64,000 nt of DNA from Trichosphaerium sp. ATCC 40318. Lineage: Eukaryota; Protista; Tubulinea. Below, in pieces: positions 40,173-53,998 of the stretch. The DNA lies in NCBI GenBank assembly GCA_038496445.1, contig JALMLS010000578.1, forward strand, positions 372,001-436,000. Reading direction: 5' to 3'. The translations under genes were made by a program, and so were the position numbers. The notes under the pieces are model-generated. The model was given only the letters and a program-made list of their open reading frames with translations, was not told the origin of the DNA and did no database searches. Every line of letters begins with the position of its first letter. Position 1 is the stretch's first letter.

Positions 40173-42216
40173 ATGCATTCCGAAATATTAATTCTACTTA
40201 TAACCCTCTCCGTGATGGCGACTCTCGGTAAAATTGAAGATACTTCTGTAGACAAAAGAGGCGGTAATGGAGGTCCGCCTTTGAGAACAGATGTGAAGAT
40301 TGACTGTTTCGGTAAGCGCTAGATACAATGAGTTATATTTCGATCCTTTAATTTTAATTAAGATATCTTCGAGCCTTTTAGAATCACTAGACTCATACCA
40401 GAATTGGCTGGAAGATTTGGTGACAGTCACGAATCTGCTATAGCTTCCGGAGTGATAAACGGAGTGGTATGAAGGTCTAATCACGTTTTCGTAAAGAGAA
40501 TATGCAAACAGACCTGTTTACACTAAATTGTGTTTATGAAAACATAAATTAGCGAACACGTGCTAACGAAATATAATTAGGAATATTTTGTTCTTGCTTT
40601 CCAATATGAATTACGGAGGAATCAAGCAGGCTTTGTGGATATGGTTGTTGTAGTATTTACTATAGAAGGTACGTGAGGACGAACTATAAATTCAATAACA
40701 AAAAACCCCATAATATCGGCGCTACGTCAAGTTTCCAAGAAGTAGTTCCTTTTTTTTTTTGTTTCATTCATAAATATCGAGTTTTCATAGGACTCGCAAA
40801 CGGTGAGCTATCGTACTTTCGAGTGCCTAATGCCAATAACCCTGATATCGCATTTGGCACAAATGATGTTGCAGTTTCTGGTGATGGAGATAGCATAGAA
40901 GAAGTTTTTGTGTATTTTCTGATTGAAGATCCTGTAAATGGTGTAAGTCCAAAAAACTCACCCGAGTACTCTTAATCACAGCTGATTATGTTCGAACAAA
41001 TAGGGTCTAATGATGGAGAGCAGATTTCAAGTTTTTGGTGACACGTCTGTATCTGTATCAATCAGGTCAAAGGTAGCTTATAATCCAAGTACGTAGTCCT
41101 TTGAGAATTGAGTTTTTTTTTTGGCTTACATCATTTTTTTTCTTTTTTTTGTTTGTTCATGTTTGGGTGTCTTACTGCGTTTTCCCTAGCTACTGATATG
41201 TACTTGGTTACTCACAGATCAAATGGAAATAATCTGTATTCAATCATAGATTCATCTAGGACTGAAGTTGTTGATAGCGTCGAAATACGTACTTAAAATC
41301 CTTGCGCACTTAACCTTCACTAATGGTATTTTTTATCAAATAGCATGTGATGAAAGTAATTATGATGTTGTCTATGGCGGAGATGCTTGTAACTGCTTTG
41401 TTATAATTTTACAAGGAGACCTGGAATTATTACATTATATTATAGATTCGAGTGGTATGGGTGTTGTATGTGGCGTCATCTTATTGCTAAAAACGAAATC
41501 TTACTTTTTTCTGTTTTAGAACGCGGATGTCACTAGTGAAGCTACTATGCACGAGTCAGATGATATAAGAGCTGTGTATCACCCTACAACTGGATATATT
41601 GGTATAACGTCATATGGTAACTCTATTGATGGTAGTGGTGCTGAAATAGATGACACTACAGAGTTTTTTCTCTGGGAAGTTAATGCTATGTCTGAAGTTA
41701 CTGTTCTTGATAGTGTCCTAACACTTACTGAAGATTTGGATGGGGATGATGTTGTCATAGATATGGATGTTATTCCTGGCACTCCAGGAACTTTCTTAAT
41801 CGTAACTCCTGATACAACGAGCGACGAGAGACTATTGTATATCACAAGTTATAGATCTGATGATAACACGTTCAAAGTTAGAGGTTTAAAGCTACAACGT
41901 GAGTTCTTTTGAGTTGCTGGAGTAACACCAATTAAATTTAATATAGGAGATGATCCAGAACAACCTGCAATCGCATACGGACCTATGAGTGGTGTAACAG
42001 CAGTACGTCATATTTGAATATTGTTTTTTGGGTGTTCGTTCTTTTTTCTTTTTTTTTTCTTGACGACTAGTTTGTTAGTATGTTAATTTTATCTAGATTT
42101 CAGTTGAACTTGAGAGGGCTCGGGGAGCTTTAAGTACTATATGGGTTCATATACTAAAAGATTCGATTCAGAGAATAGTTGACCCTCAACCAGGACAATG
42201 TGGAAGAAGACTTTAA
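40173..42216 (+). CDS. Secreted acidic beta-rich protein of unknown function, paralog B
   Basis: Signal peptide MHSEILILLITLSVMATLG. Shares RAVYHP..GYIGI.SYG, TTEFFLWE, LYITSY.SDDNTFKVR and PGQCGRRL* with paralog A. Confidence 0.65.
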
Positions 42217-43349
42217 CTACAATGCGTGTAGCAATAAAAACAAAACACTTTTGTGCTTGATAATGTTGGACCAAGTCTAAATCATTGCATCCGCGCGGTA
42301 ATACTGCTTTACCACTCTGATGAACTTGTAACGCCTCGAATATTTAACGTACAGTCTCTATGTACTACTTATGTAAGCGTGGAGTGAAAATCCGATTTTG
42401 TGTGGAAATGGAATATATTCCGTTGCGCATTTTCACCCTTTGATGTTTGTTTGTAACTCATTCTATGTGCTATACGCACATTGCCCAATGTAAGCAATAA
42501 AGTACAAATAAACTTCAGGCAAACCCAAAAGTACAAATGGAACGTCATAGACCCTAACTCTTTACACTGTGTAAACAACATTGCGTACATTTTCTGTACA
42601 AGTAGTAGTGGTATTTCTTATGGACGACATGTTTGGTAACATCTTGTAAAACAGCCAATTACGTACCATTTAGTAGAGCAACAAAAGGGTCTTTCCGTGA
42701 TTGTAGGTGCCGAGAAAACTCAAAATTTTATTCTCTAGTACAGAAAATCCTAAATGAATCTGACGTTTTAATTTCATCGTTCAAACTTTATTTTCGCTTG
42801 CTTTGTTACTTCGTGTATTGTAGAGGTACTCAAGAGGTACCATCCCTTTTTTAGAACACCAGCAACAAACTGAGGGTGAATACACCCACGTAGTTTAAAT
42901 ATAAATTTTATACAATATTCATAACGTGGTATTTTCACGTGTCTCCTCGGCAATGTTACCAATGTGATACTACTTTCAATGCAGTAACAATAGAAAACCT
43001 CATGGTTTGACGAAATGCTTCGTGTAGATCTTAGTGGAGCAATGCAGTGAGCGAACTTGTAAGGAAGTTCCTGACTGTCTTTTGGTTTCACTATACACTC
43101 GTTTGAAACAGAATTACAGCAATTTGCGGTCGGGCAATTTAACTTTCCTTTTGAACCAAATTTGGGTGTGAGCGAAAAAGTTCACTTGCGATTGAGCACA
43201 AAAAGACACGTAAGGTTTTAGTCACGTGTCTTAAATTATTGCGTCACGTATACGTACAATTGGCTTACGGATACGTGGTAGAAGCAACTAACAGGTATAG
43301 TAGCTGTATAGTAGTATAATTATACTAACGGGCCTAAGTAGTCTGGAAA

Positions 43350-45241
43350 ATGGCGTTACGACAATACTACGCTATTATTATCGTAGTAGTTGTGTTTATA
43401 AGTCTTAATATCGTATGGTTTCAGTTTAGTCGTAATGCAATACAACGATACGTATCTGTAGGCTTATTCGATAATAATACAAAGAACACGTGCGCACAGA
43501 ATTTCTGTAGATTATTCCCACCGGACTATAAATTCAATTATGGTAAAATGACACCTCTGAAACAGTTTAAAGAGACTATGAAGATATTTCAGGGAGATTA
43601 CATTGAAAACAATGGACTTAACATTACAAAGCGTTGTAAGAGGTGGATGAAGCCAGTTTTGGCACGTGCTGAAGAAAAGTGGAAACTTTATGTTGGTGCA
43701 AACGAGAACCATAAGTACCTAACTAAGCAAAGGAGGGAAAAAAATGCAATTGATAATATTGCTGATTTTACTTATGCTCGTCGATTGAACTATAGTATGA
43801 TACATCATGAATGTATACGACCTTTTGTTACACTTAAATTGGATGAGTCTCCAAGGTCTATTAACATTTTTATCGCTGTTGGTGGTAGATCAAAGTACGG
43901 TCAATTTTATTTTTTTTTTTACAGCTTTTTTTTGTAAAAGTTTATCCTCTTTTAGGAATTTGCTCTATACTTTGAAATCCCTTGATGAAGCTGCTAAATT
44001 TGCTAACATTATCGATTCTATACATGTTACAATAATAGAATTTGGAGATAAGGAAAGCGAGGAAAAGGTTTTTTCAAAAAAGAATAATTTTTTGTCAAGT
44101 TATATACATGTTCCAAAATGGGCTTATCAACTCTGGGGTTGTGGTATATTCTTTCCAACAAGTCTTGCACATAATATTGGGTTTATGTTATCTGAAGAAG
44201 CTGAATGGAACTTATTTCTAGTAGCAGACTTTGTTTTACCTTTGAATTTCTTTGTGGTTGCAGATTTGAAAAACAAGACAAACGAAGAATATTTTTCACC
44301 TTACACATGTACGTTCTTCTGTTTCCGGTTGTTTTCTTATCCGTGCTCTTTTCTTTTTTCTCATCTTGGAGATAAAGTAGTAGGTATACATCTGTTTTAT
44401 ATAGGCTAATTAGTGATTTAGATGCGTTGTATTTAACACGAAAGCAGGCAAACAAATTTTTTAAGAACTGGCACAAAAAAGGTTATGTGGCAGATTATAC
44501 TGGTGAAGTAAAGGATGAAGTCCCAAATCCCACAGGTATGAATATTATTGCAAAGAAAATTACCAGTGACTCCATGCAATCAAAAACCACTATGACTTTG
44601 TAAACCACTTGTGATAAAAAAACCCCCAAAACTTTTCCGTTTCGTATTAGAAGTTTAAATTGTGTTGACTTTCGGCGACATTTTGACTCCGTGTTTCATT
44701 TGAGGTGTTTGATTTATTGATATAACTTAGGCGGTGCAATTTTTATAAAATCTACAGCTTTTAAAGCTGTTGGTGGGTATGATCCTGAACTTTTTTGTGG
44801 ATGGGCACCCGAGGATCATAATATGATATTTAAACTTGGAAGGTATACAAACAAAGTTGATTGTTTTGAGGATGTACCACGTGTGAATCAGTGTACGTAA
44901 TATTCCTTGAATATTTTATATAACAAAATTTTGTCATTACATGTACACTATGTATATGTTGGTCACGTGAACAAAAACCCAGGTCATGGGAAAAATTCTT
45001 CACGTTTTATCTCTTTCTGATTTGCTATTTAGCTATTGTTCATGTCCCTCATAAACGTACATTTGGAAAAGTTACTTATACCGCTTATGATGAATATATT
45101 GCGAATGCAATAAAAGGTCTACCTATAGATCATGTACGAAGGTACTTGGCATACAAAAAGAGGCTACTATCAATAGAACCTATATGTGACTGTGCACATT
45201 CTTATCAACGTACAAATCCACAAAAATGTAAACGATATTAA
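43350..45241 (+). CDS. Type II membrane glycosyltransferase (GT-A fold, GT7 C-terminal-like)
   Basis: N-terminal TM anchor; FPTSLAHNIG; GGAIFIKSTAFKAVGGYDPELFCGWAPEDH (GWG.ED-like); later HVPH. Confidence 0.75.
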
Positions 45242-45793
45242 ACTTAGACGAAAAAGACCATCACTGTGCTTTATTAAGAGTTTTTTACAACCTTGATTAT
45301 TTGCACATTCAGCCAATGTTTGTATTGACTCATATGAAATCTTTATTTAATGTGCAACCAGTTGTTATTGGACAACGCGATTGTCAACTAATATGTTTGT
45401 TTGGGTTTGATGGTTGTAACCTTTCATGAATAGCCATATGTGTTTTGCAGTAGCACGTGCGCAGTACCTTTCTATAGTGGTTTAACAACTAGTCTCAAGC
45501 TTGCTCCCTTTAATCCTCGTTTGTTTAGGATCAAGGAAACTCAATGTGAAACGTCTTACCACAGTTCAAATCAGGCTAAGACGACTGTCAATGTCAGATT
45601 CAGAGAACAATACAAGCATACTAACAGTTTTGAAAAAGTATTCTTCCTACATCAATCAGCAAAATCAGAAACAAATGGGAAAAAGTTGTTCGGATTCTTT
45701 TACCAAACTTGGCAAAGTTAGTTAAAAATACACCAAGCCTGGTGTCAAACCTAGTCACGGTTCTTTTGAGAAAGAAAACTGCTACACATCAAA

Positions 45794-46538
45794 ATGGCAA
45801 CAATGCTTCATTGTTTGCGTCTCGCTCTTTGGGTTGCAATATCAATTGCTGCTGTTGTTCCTGATACTTTTGACAGTTACATTGTCGATTTTGAGAATTC
45901 AGCAACATTTACGATTTTGAGCAGGGTTGATACAACTCAAGTACTTGGCGGTACGTTTACAATGCAATAAAATAACGTCCACTGGAATGCTTTAAACCGC
46001 GTATTAGAGTGTGAAAACGTTACTACAGACTGGTTCGATGATACTACTGGTATAGCAGTTCTACAAGATGAAAGAATTGTTCTTTCTTGTAACCCAAGGG
46101 ATTCAGGTGTAGATGGCGATCCCATGTTTTTACGATAGAACTGTACAAAGGTAACGCAATCTATTTTCGTACAAAGAAGCTCTAGTAGGCCTTCCTGTTA
46201 ATACTTTTTAGGTATGTCAACCTTGGATGCAGAAACTCTAATTGTGGTTTGTGATAATAGCTCAGTAGTACTATTCAGCGTTGTTTCCAAACCCAAGCAT
46301 TATACCTCCTCCAACTACTTATCCTCCTACTACTGATTCTCCAACTACTTCTGTTCCTACTACTGCAGCTCCAACAGGTCCTTCAAACACTACAATTTCT
46401 CCTACTTCGCCTGCGCCTACTGTGCCAACGGCACCTACTGAAGCTCCTACTACTGTCGCACCTACTGTTCCAAGTAGCACATTACGCGTTGAATTGGGAA
46501 TCATTCTCATGTTAGCAATGGTAATTCTGTCCCTATGA
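45794..46538 (+). CDS. Secreted/surface protein with P/T/S mucin-like stalk and hydrophobic C-terminus (possible GPI anchor)
   Basis: Signal MATMLHCLRLALWVAISIAA; Cys-containing small domain; PTT repeats; terminal LGIILMLAMVILSL. Confidence 0.7.
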
Positions 46539-46817
46539 GATTGTAACTAATAAACGCTTCAGATTAAAAAACAAATATCAAAGTTGTACAAGTGTTGCTT
46601 TTCTTTCCATTTTTGAACTTTGTAGAATGAAGAGCAGGTATTTGTGTGCATTATTTCGATTGTAATGATAGTACATGTGGTTTCCTGTATACGTAGTGAT
46701 GAGATACAAGAATATCAAGGAAGCACTCAGAAGTTTGCTGACTATGATCCCGAATGAGAAGAGCTGTTTGAAGAATGGTTGGCATGAAACTTATTTATTA
46801 TGTTTACAAAGTAGAGT

Positions 46818-47612
46818 TTACTGACTTACGAGATTCATCTTCATTCTCTTTAATCTCTCAAAATTGCTTCCTTTAAAAGAATATGGTATACCCAAGGACT
46901 TAATAGCATCTTCTGTGATACAGCGACAATAAAATACTTTAATACTCTCAAGTGATTTTAAGTGCTTCAAAAAGCCATTTGTGACTGCTTTAGCATTTTC
47001 AATGGTGAAGTGTTTTAAGTTCATTAATCCTTTCAATCCATCATCTGTTATTTCTTGCCCATTTTTAATAATGAGTGTGTTCACATTAACAAGTCCTTTT
47101 ATCCATTCATCTTTCGGTTCACGTAAGGTAACAGTATGAACATTTCTTAGCTCGTGTATTCCTCTACTTGAAATATAGTGGCAGTACATAATACTTATTG
47201 AATGTACATCTTTGAGTATCTTTAGACTGGCATCTGTTATGTTAAGGTTTGTTAGGGAAATGTCATAAACAGGTGTCTTCCCTCCTTGTACTAAAGCAAA
47301 GATACCTGCGTCTGAAATAGGTGCTGATCCTAGACTTATTGTGTGAACGCCTGAGAGACAACACAAGTCTTTATCCTTTAGATGCATTCCCATACGATAA
47401 GTATAAGTGATAGTGGTGTTTTTTAGCAAAGAACTTCCGTTGATAACCATTAGATCTTCTTTTTCTTTTAGTAGAAGATATACAAAGCCTAAATTATGCC
47501 GAATAATATTATTAAAACGATGACTAACTGCTGTAGCATTAATACGGTTATTTTTGTCTAAATGGCTTAGAAGATGTGTTAATATCTCTGTTGGTACATT
47601 ATCAATAGACAT
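46818..47612 (-). CDS. F-box + leucine-rich-repeat protein (intronless)
   Basis: IDNVPTEILTHLLSHLD..VSHRF F-box; GVHTISL/ITDASL/ITDDGL LRRs. Same family as 6041-6748. Confidence 0.85.
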   Translation of the reverse strand: MSIDNVPTEILTHLLSHLDKNNRINATAVSHRFNNIIRHNLGFVYLLLKEKEDLMVINGSSLLKNTTITYTYRMGMHLKDKDLCCLSGVHTISLGSAPISDAGIFALVQGGKTPVYDISLTNLNITDASLKILKDVHSISIMYCHYISSRGIHELRNVHTVTLREPKDEWIKGLVNVNTLIIKNGQEITDDGLKGLMNLKHFTIENAKAVTNGFLKHLKSLESIKVFYCRCITEDAIKSLGIPYSFKGSNFERLKRMKMNLVSQ

Positions 47613-47760
47613 GCTATTACTACTATGGCAGGATTATAACTAGTCTAGAGACCTTATTTGACTAATATGCAGAAACCGTTTTGTTTGGGTAAAGTCACAT
47701 TGTGCCAAGTCAGCAGTTATTCTAATGTTCAAGTAACTTCACGCTAGGCCACAAACTAAT

Positions 47761-50700
47761 ATGGGTCAGGGCCAATCAATAACGAAGCGTACTGTTAAAG
47801 ATTTAACAACAACCGGATCAGATTCGTCGCCTGTAGTAACACAAGACAATACACCGTTTATTAGCGCTCCAAAGCCAGTAGAACAAAGTCAAAAGCCTAA
47901 GGAACAGAAAAAAGGTAAAAACTAGAATTTTGTCTTTTTTACCGGTTTTATCAAGTTGTTACGCACGTGCGCAGGTATTTATGATTTACTAAACGTAATT
48001 ATTTTTATTTTTTCAAAAGGCGTTGAACATGTGCGAATATTTCTAAAACAGGTTGTAGCACGTGCCAGGCGATGAGTTTTATTGTATTTTTTTTTGATGT
48101 ATTGTTTATTCAAGTTTGTGCTAGTTGTGCAGAAGGATAACAATGCTGATGCTAAAGAACGTATTAATGGATACACTCTCGTAAAGAAAATAGGAAAAGG
48201 AGCTTTTGGTGTTGTTTATAAAGGTATCACAAAAGGTACAAACACTTCAGAGAAACAGTGTTCAACGTTCAGTTTTTTGTTGTTTTTCTTTGTTAGTATA
48301 CTCTAACGCTCTTTCAAAGATGGTAAATACGTAGCTTTAAAGAGAGTGAAGCCTAAAAGAAACATTAACGAGTGTTTACGAGAAGTGAGAGTTCAAAACA
48401 AGTTCCAACATCGAAATATTGTCCAAATTCTTGACGCGTTTAAACACACTAAATCTTCAAATGGTACAGAGTATTTATGGATCGTAATGGAGCTATGTGA
48501 AAATGATTTAGACGTACGGCATTCTAGAGAACCGTTTCTCAGCTTAACAAACACGTGACTAATTGTAGTTAAATTTTAGAGTTTTATCGATGGCATCGGC
48601 TATATCCGTTCTCATCATGTCATAGATTGGTTTGTTCAGCTCTTAGAGGCAGTTAGAGAAGTACATAAGGAAGGTACTCAGCTATCAAAGAACATCTGTT
48701 TTAATGTAATAATTTTTTGATTGTAGGCGTAATACACCGTGACTTGAAGCCAGCTAGTATCCGTACAAATTTTCTTTGTTTGAGTTCCCCGAGGAACTGT
48801 ATTTTTTCTTTGATTCTTTAAGATATCTTACTAAAAAGGGAAGAAAGCAATGGTTCCATTGTACTTAAAATAGCTGATTTTGGTATGTTTATTTTTGTAC
48901 TCTTCATCTACAATTGTGACTATGTTTACTAAAGCTTAAAGGTGTATCAACCGTTCTGGATGGGACGATGCATGCACAAACATTTTGTGGTACAAGGGTG
49001 TACATGGCACCAGAGGTGAGTGCTTTGTATCTACGTTTAAACCACAGCTAACAGTATATTTTACAAGATGACTTCACATCGTTCTGGTAAAGCCTATGAC
49101 TCACGTGTTGATGTTTGGAGTCTTGGTATTATATTTATGCAAGTCCTTTTGAATGTGAAGATTGAAAAATTGGCGCCTCTTATTTCACTTGCCCAACGCC
49201 TTACGCCCCAAATACTGGTAATGACATAACGAATTATTTGAATACTAAAAATCACGTGTTTAAATTTTAAGAATCACGTGATTCTTAAGGCTGAGATTTG
49301 ATAAAATTGCTTTAATGATAATCTTCCATTTAACATTTTTCTCATAGCTTGTTGCTTTGGGTCCTTCAGCTATTTCAGATGTTGGCATGCTAAATATGTT
49401 TGCGTCAATGTTATGTGGTGAAGATAGAAGGGTAACTTCAGAAGATTTATGTAACAGTGCTGTTGTGCGAACATGGAAGATATTACTTTCAGGGCAAGGT
49501 TGGAAAGACGTAAGAAATTTCGCTAAGAAACTTAACGTAACTTGCTTTAGATCGAAGCTACAGATAAGAATATTATGGGCCTCACTTCTGGAATATCCAT
49601 GCTCGATGGAAGTCCATGTTTCAGGGCAATAGAGAGGTACCAGATAAAGAAATTAAAAAAATATTAATAGTTATAAAAGATTGCACCAAATACTTAAGCA
49701 CACCGCCAAAAAGCGCGGATTTAATCCAGCTTTGTCTTGTGTATCTTATGAGACTTTTGGAGCATTAGGCGTAGTTTTGCGACAATTTGTTTGTAAGAAA
49801 AAGTACGTCTATACGAAGAATTTTTAGAAACTTTATAAGCTTACTTCTATCCACTCGTAGCAAAGAAAAGCATGATGTAAATTATGTCATTAAAATTCTT
49901 CAATGCATGGAAGTAATAGCGGTAACGGTTAGAAATATATGTGAATATTCTAGAAAGGTCTATGCTACATCTAAAATGTCAGAGACACTATGCATCCGCA
50001 TCATAAGGTAGACTTTTTTTTACCTTAATTCTTCTTAAAAACTCTTAGTTTCGCGGAAGACAGGCAGTCACCTGAAGTTATCAAACTTTTATTTCGCGTC
50101 TTGGATTCACTAGCAGTCTGTAACCCTAATTTAAGAGAAGCATTGACACTAGCACAAAAACTTATCGTTACAGTGTTAAAAAATGTCGGCGTTAATGAAC
50201 GAGCAAATAGCCTATTTGAACAAATTGTGCCTAATTTCGGTGTTTCGGCCATTCGTGGGACTCTACCTTTAGTACGTTGGTTGATAACATGTTTAATATC
50301 TAAAAATGTCTTTTAGGTGTCTGTAAGTGGACATATTCGTATTCTATCAGGAGTGGCTGCAAGGCAAGTTCACGTGTTTTGGTTTTTTTCGGACAATTCT
50401 TACTTTGAAAGCCTTTGTTTCTTACTTCCTTACTAGGATACGAAAAGATATAGCTCCTTCGGCTTTGGAATGGTTTAAGAAAGTATTAGCTACTGAAAGA
50501 CCTCAACAAGTTATTGATCAAAAAGTGATGGATGTTATGGATTTATACTTTTTTGACTTTTATACTATGCAACAAACAGCTGGACTTATGAGACTGTGTT
50601 CACGTTGTGTTACTGGATCTATACCAAATTATAGACATAATTACTTTACTTGTAACACGTGCTGGCCTAACAATAACAACATAACCATATGTTTTACATG

Positions 50701-53635
50701 CGCAAGTCATTGCCACAAAGGTACGCCAAACAAACTAGGAAAAAAACCTAAAAGCATAAATAATATTCGCATTTTCTTGGCTTCAAGCTTCTCTTTTGGT
50801 CTGTTTTGACAATTACCAATGAACATGTATTGTTTTTTATTCGATTAATAAGCATTTCCTTCGGATTTTTTTTTACATGAACAAGATATTGACGTTTTTC
50901 TTTGATCTAGATCATAAAATCCAATTCGTATCCAAGTTAAGACCTGTAATTTGTTCATGTGATACAAAAGGATGCCAATTAGGTAATAAACCGAATATAC
51001 CTATTGGTGTTATGGATGATCCTATAATTGATCCTAAAAATACTCTACTTAAAGGTAAGAAAATAACAAGAAAAACCTTCTACAATGAAACTCGTTTGGG
51101 TTTTTGAATGACTCCTTTCTCGCCTTTCTCATCTTTTACTTTCTTCCAAGTCAATATTCCACGTGGTGTTATATTAAGAGAAGAATCTATGACTGTTTCA
51201 ACCCGACTTTCAGTGCCACAAACAGTTATTTCATCGCTTCCTGTTACGTACTTCGAAATTGATATTGTTGATCCTGGATACAACTTTCTGGTTACCATCG
51301 GGCTTTCTGGAAACGATATGCCTAATAATAAACTCCCAGGATCCACCAAGGGTACGTAAACAACTCTTATACTTACAACCGAAAAATCTCTCGAGCACCT
51401 AGCTGTTGGCAACGTTTACGATTTTGTTTGGATTATTGTACATTTGTTAATCTGTTCTGCAGGTTCCATTGGATATTCATGTACAGGAAACCTGTTTTAT
51501 CATAAACACAAAGAAAACCTAGGACCTGGATTCTTCGCTGGTACGAGTAAAAAAGCATGTTTTCATTACCAATTAAAAAAAAAAAAGGTCAAACAGTTGG
51601 TTGTGGTATTACAAAGCAAGGCTTGATTTACTTTACACATGAAGGAATTCTAGTTGCTACTACAAAAGCAGAGCAACTTGATCCGAAGCAATCACATGCA
51701 TCAATTGGATTTAAATCACTTGGTATTGCAGTAAAGGTACACAATTACAAACAAACAATTATTTTCGTCAACCAAACCTAGCCGAAATCTTATCGGTTTT
51801 TTTTCGATGTAGGTCAATTTTTCTGGCCCATTCGCATATAATCATAAGCATATGAGGAATCTAGCATCTACAGATATTAGTAGTTTTCCTCTACTTCTTA
51901 AAACATCGAAAGAAGCTCTAGTAAGAAAGCAATCAAACAAGATTTATCAACCTCTTTTGAATATTGGTAAAGTACTAGAAGCGAGAAGAAAACCACAAAG
52001 TCTTCATTCAAGGAGATATAAGAGACTTAAAAATAAGCTTTTACCGAATACTTCAAGATCACAGTCAATGAGAGAAGTTAATCCACGTCAAAGGTCTCAC
52101 TCACCTTCAGCAAACTTGCGAAAAACCGAATCATCCTCGCTGTCTTCTAGCGGTGGCAGTATTTCTAACATAAAATCTTCATTCCCTCGTGCTGTTTCTA
52201 TTGATGGCAGTACTAGAACTCCTTCTCGTAACGACAGTTTTGATTCAGTTACATCTACAGGTATAAAGAAGAAAAAATACTCTGTGTTTTCTTCGTTTTT
52301 TTCTATTTTTTGCTAACGTTTATTGCAGGGCTCCCACACGTGAAAATGGGTTCTCCTCGGTCAGAAGGTATTCTTTTATACAAAAGATATATGTTGTACT
52401 AATTACTATTTTAGAATCGCAAAAGAGGTCATCTCAGAACCAACCATTCCTCCATTTTGATGATCTTGCTGGTGCGTTAATACTATTAACAAGTTTGAAA
52501 GGTGCAAGTATTTTTGGATATGTTTTTCCTCTTCATCATCAATAAATATACTATGTCATCTTCCCTCTGAGGGCAAAGCAAAAGAGGACTCAATTTGCTG
52601 ATGGCGGGAGAAATAGCACTTCCATCATACTTCAACCCTACTTCCGTCACAACAGAAAGAAAGTGTTTAGTGTACTAACTTGTGTTAGCGGATAGCACTA
52701 TTGGTCGAAAAAGTTTAAGTGGTAATTCAATATCAAACCAGTCTCTCATACACAGTCAAATGAATCCAAATCCCGAGAGTGTACATCCAATAAGAACTCA
52801 TCGGATAGGCCGTCAACAACAAACGGGGAGAAGCCAGCGTCAGCAAGTATCTCATTCTCCTGTACAACCTCAAAGGCAGCAAAACGACTTTTGGAGCTCG
52901 CAAGGAAGCTCTCAGGAATACCATTCACAAACACATAGTCCAAGATCTTTGCGTGGTTCTCGTGGATCGTCTCGGGGACCTAACGTAGATCAACCAAGAA
53001 CACAACAAGTTTCAAGAAGTTCGAGTTATGAACGCCCGAATAACATACAACCAGCACAGACACATACCAGTAATCGGTCTCAACAACGCCAAGATAGTGG
53101 GCAACTTAACACAGCTCCACCATACACCGCACGTGGTCCAAGAGGTCAGTCAAGTACTGAAGGAGTACAGAGAAGTTACAGCTCAAACACAAGTTATAAT
53201 CAACAAAGGAACTCAAACGCACCTACGCCTCAACATTACAATACAGCACGTATGGATAGTACTATCATTTTTGTTAAACTACTTTATAATTACTTTTCTA
53301 GCTGCTCAACCACAATCTTCAACTTTCACAGTTGTTTGTATCGAGGACTTTGAACCTACAGGTAAAACTATTTTTGTTCATTTTCATTGAACCCGGACGA
53401 GTTTTCTACTTGATCGTCTTGTTAATGATATACTTTTTGTTTAGATCCAGGAGAATTACGTATTAAGAAAACACAAAGAGCTATGGTACAAAGAGAGGAA
53501 GACGGATGGTATTGGGGTACTGTACAAGACGGAGAAGGGAATACGAATTCAGGATATTTCCCTGTATCATATTGTACTCGTGTACGCTCACAACCAAGTT
53601 TTTCATCAAGAAGCACACGTCGAGGGTGGAAATAA
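47761..53635 (+). CDS. N-myristoylated Ser/Thr kinase with helical region, UBR-type Zn finger, SPRY, disordered linker and SH3
   Basis: MGQGQS; GKGAFG, VALK, HRDLKPAN, DFG, YMAPE, DVWSLG; YFTCNTC..ICFTCASHCHKDH..CSC; TYFEI..IGL..LPG..GSIGY..GQTVGCG; DFEPTDPGEL..GWYWG..GYFPVSY. Confidence 0.82.
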
Positions 53636-53998
53636 ACTTGATTTAAGATTTATTATGGAGTATTTGTTAGCGTAAGGCAACTGTCATAAGGCCGTACTGA
53701 CCTGCTTCAGTTGTGGGGCAAACATGACCGTTGCAATAAAGAGTTGTATCGAATTTAAAATCCTAATAAATAATTGCACGAGAGGAGTACACGACAAGAA
53801 GTTGTTTTTACTTCTTTTCGGTCTGGGTTGAACTCTCTAGTTGTTCTAAATCTTTCTCTGCGAACGATGTATTTAACCTAATCAGTTGGGGTCTTAGTAT
53901 AGTAACCTTCTCAAACTACGAATATTTGTAGTTTTGAATACCAAAAAGATTTTAGGTACAAGAGGTACATCTACAGAAACATTTGAATATCATCTACA

